Assembly: GCA_030264375.1 (NCBI GenBank)
Contig: JASCQW010000190.1
Coordinates: 43,588,337-43,652,336, forward strand
Reading direction: 5' to 3'
DNA from: Carcharhinus longimanus
Lineage: Eukaryota
Length of the DNA: 64,000 nt
Shown: in pieces, positions 62,243 through 64,000 of the stretch
Numbering within the stretch: the first letter of the stretch is position 1
Layout: each line of letters begins with the position of its first letter
Translations under genes and position numbers: made by a program
The notes under the pieces: model-generated
Databases searched by the model: none
The model's input: the letters and a program-made list of their open reading frames with translations, nothing else
Told to the model about the DNA's origin: nothing

Positions 62243-64000
62243 CTGTAAAATTGGATGGCTGCTACCCTCTTGTGGTAGCAAATTATAATTTACACTTGAA
62301 TATCTTACATAGTGCCAGAAAGTTGTTGTTTACGTTAGTTTTCTAACAACCAAATTCCTTTATTAAAAAAATAAATTCCAACTTCATGATCTGGGTTAAA
62401 GGTCATTTGCTTATAGATAAGGAACTGGATTCCAAAGAGCTTCCAAAGAAGCTTTACCTGGATTAAAATAAAAACATAATTACTTTACTTGCGCTATGCT
62501 CTGGTTTCTTTTGCCTGCAATATTGGTGTAGCAGGGAATACAGAAACCCCTGCTCTTTGAGAGACTATTAAAACAAAGTAGATTAGTTTAAAATAGAGAC
62601 CACAGTGTGCCTTATAGGTATCACAATGTGCCTCACTTGTATATTTTACGAAGATATTGTCTGTATAAGTTCATATATATTCATGTTTGAACAAGTATTA
62701 TGGATTTAAACTGTATTTTTGTATTTTCTTGAGAGTTTTGGCCAACGAGCAACTTACCCCTAGGCATAATGGGAAATAAGTTTAGCGAGACAGATCGCAT
62801 TATTTTGGAACAATGAAGCAAAGAGCGTATACCATATTATCAGGGGCAGCCCAGGCAGCTACAAGCTACCAAGGTTTTTGAAATGAATAGAAAGATTCAG
62901 CTTCTAGTTGTAATGAATAGACATATTCAGTCTCCATTCATAAGAAGACAGAAAACAGACAAGAAAGATGACTCCCTTATGCAGTCCCTCCATAGGACTG
63001 CAGGTGTTGGGAGCAACCCTTGAACCTACCAGGGGGAGGAAGAGAGAGAAAGAGACAGACAGACAGAGAGAGAAGAACCCCTGGGTTTGGTTGATCAATT
63101 AATTCCTAATTCTGTTACAAGGTAGAATGCTATTAGCCAAAGTCAATAAAGTGAATTAATGTAATTGGACTGTGCTAATATAATGTCAGAGAGAAGTTGG
63201 AATCCTCCATTTCTCTCCCAATACGTGTAGTTCAAACAAAGAATGTCTTTAATTGCACACTATCTTTCGTAAGTTTTTGTGTTAGCTGATATCAGCTGAA
63301 TAAAAGCCACCCCGCCTCCCCAAAGTGGGGCACCCCGAGAAAATCCCCTTACAATTGGTCACTTATGTCTCTAATGTTTTATTCATTATTAATAACTTAA
63401 TCCTTAAATAAGTTTTGGATGATCAGTTCACAAAAGCATACATTGCTTCCTGCCATTGTACTAGATTCAATGAATCTATGGCTTCTTTCTGCTCTGTCCT
63501 TAGCATCTTTTGCCACGTACACAAGATCTATTGCTGGCTCCACTTGTCCTGTGCTCCACTTCTAACAAATATCTCATCCTGTGCACTCTTCAGGAATTAA
63601 TCTCTTTTTTATCTTCTTTGTTTTACTGCTGCCAACTATCAGATTTACAGATTAACTATCACTGCCCCATGCCATACATACCTCCACAATGTTCATTCAC
63701 CTATAAGGTTCTTATCATTCAGATATCTGCTGTATTGGCACTGACAGACACAGAAATCAACTGCTAACTTCTTCATCTCCTCCGTTAGGTGCCTCACCCT
63801 CTTTCATCCCCCACCACTCAGCCAGTTTCCCACTGGCATTAGCAGCACCTATCAGGTGGGATTCTCCCACCATTAGCATTTAAAAATGTTCATAAAGTGA
63901 GGCACACTGGCCAGCATGGCTTTATGGAGATCTTTCTTTACCCAGATCCTTTTAAAGGGTGTCCCCTTTAGGGAGGAGGCTACCCCTCCTCCCCCAACAA

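Overview
Repeat-rich vertebrate genomic DNA, almost certainly from a shark or ray. The evidence is HE1/V-SINE-like and DeuSINE-like SINEs together with abundant CR1, L2, Rex1/Babar and Penelope remnants; there are also many assembly N-gaps. The window appears to be mostly intron of an unidentified minus-strand host gene. Two well-supported short coding exons lie at 62199-62242 and 29800-29928 and join in frame; two weaker downstream exon candidates also exist. The main feature is a complete but decayed ~9.8 kb endogenous retrovirus at 51979-61776 (+), antisense to the host gene. It has TG...CA LTRs, a 4-bp GGGC target-site duplication, a tRNA-Ser PBS, a PPT, gag with two zinc knuckles, a class III/spuma-related-looking pol, and an env with an ISD-like TM that has CX6C rather than CX6CC. 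It also carries a ~1.7 kb internal gag-pro-RT duplication whose differences are synonymous-rich in the one block counted. Other points: a Harbinger-type MITE (TIRs, TTC TSD) beside a decayed Tigger/pogo transposase, foldback repeats with degenerate minimal hammerhead-ribozyme cores, and two local inverted duplications. All identities quoted are hand estimates.
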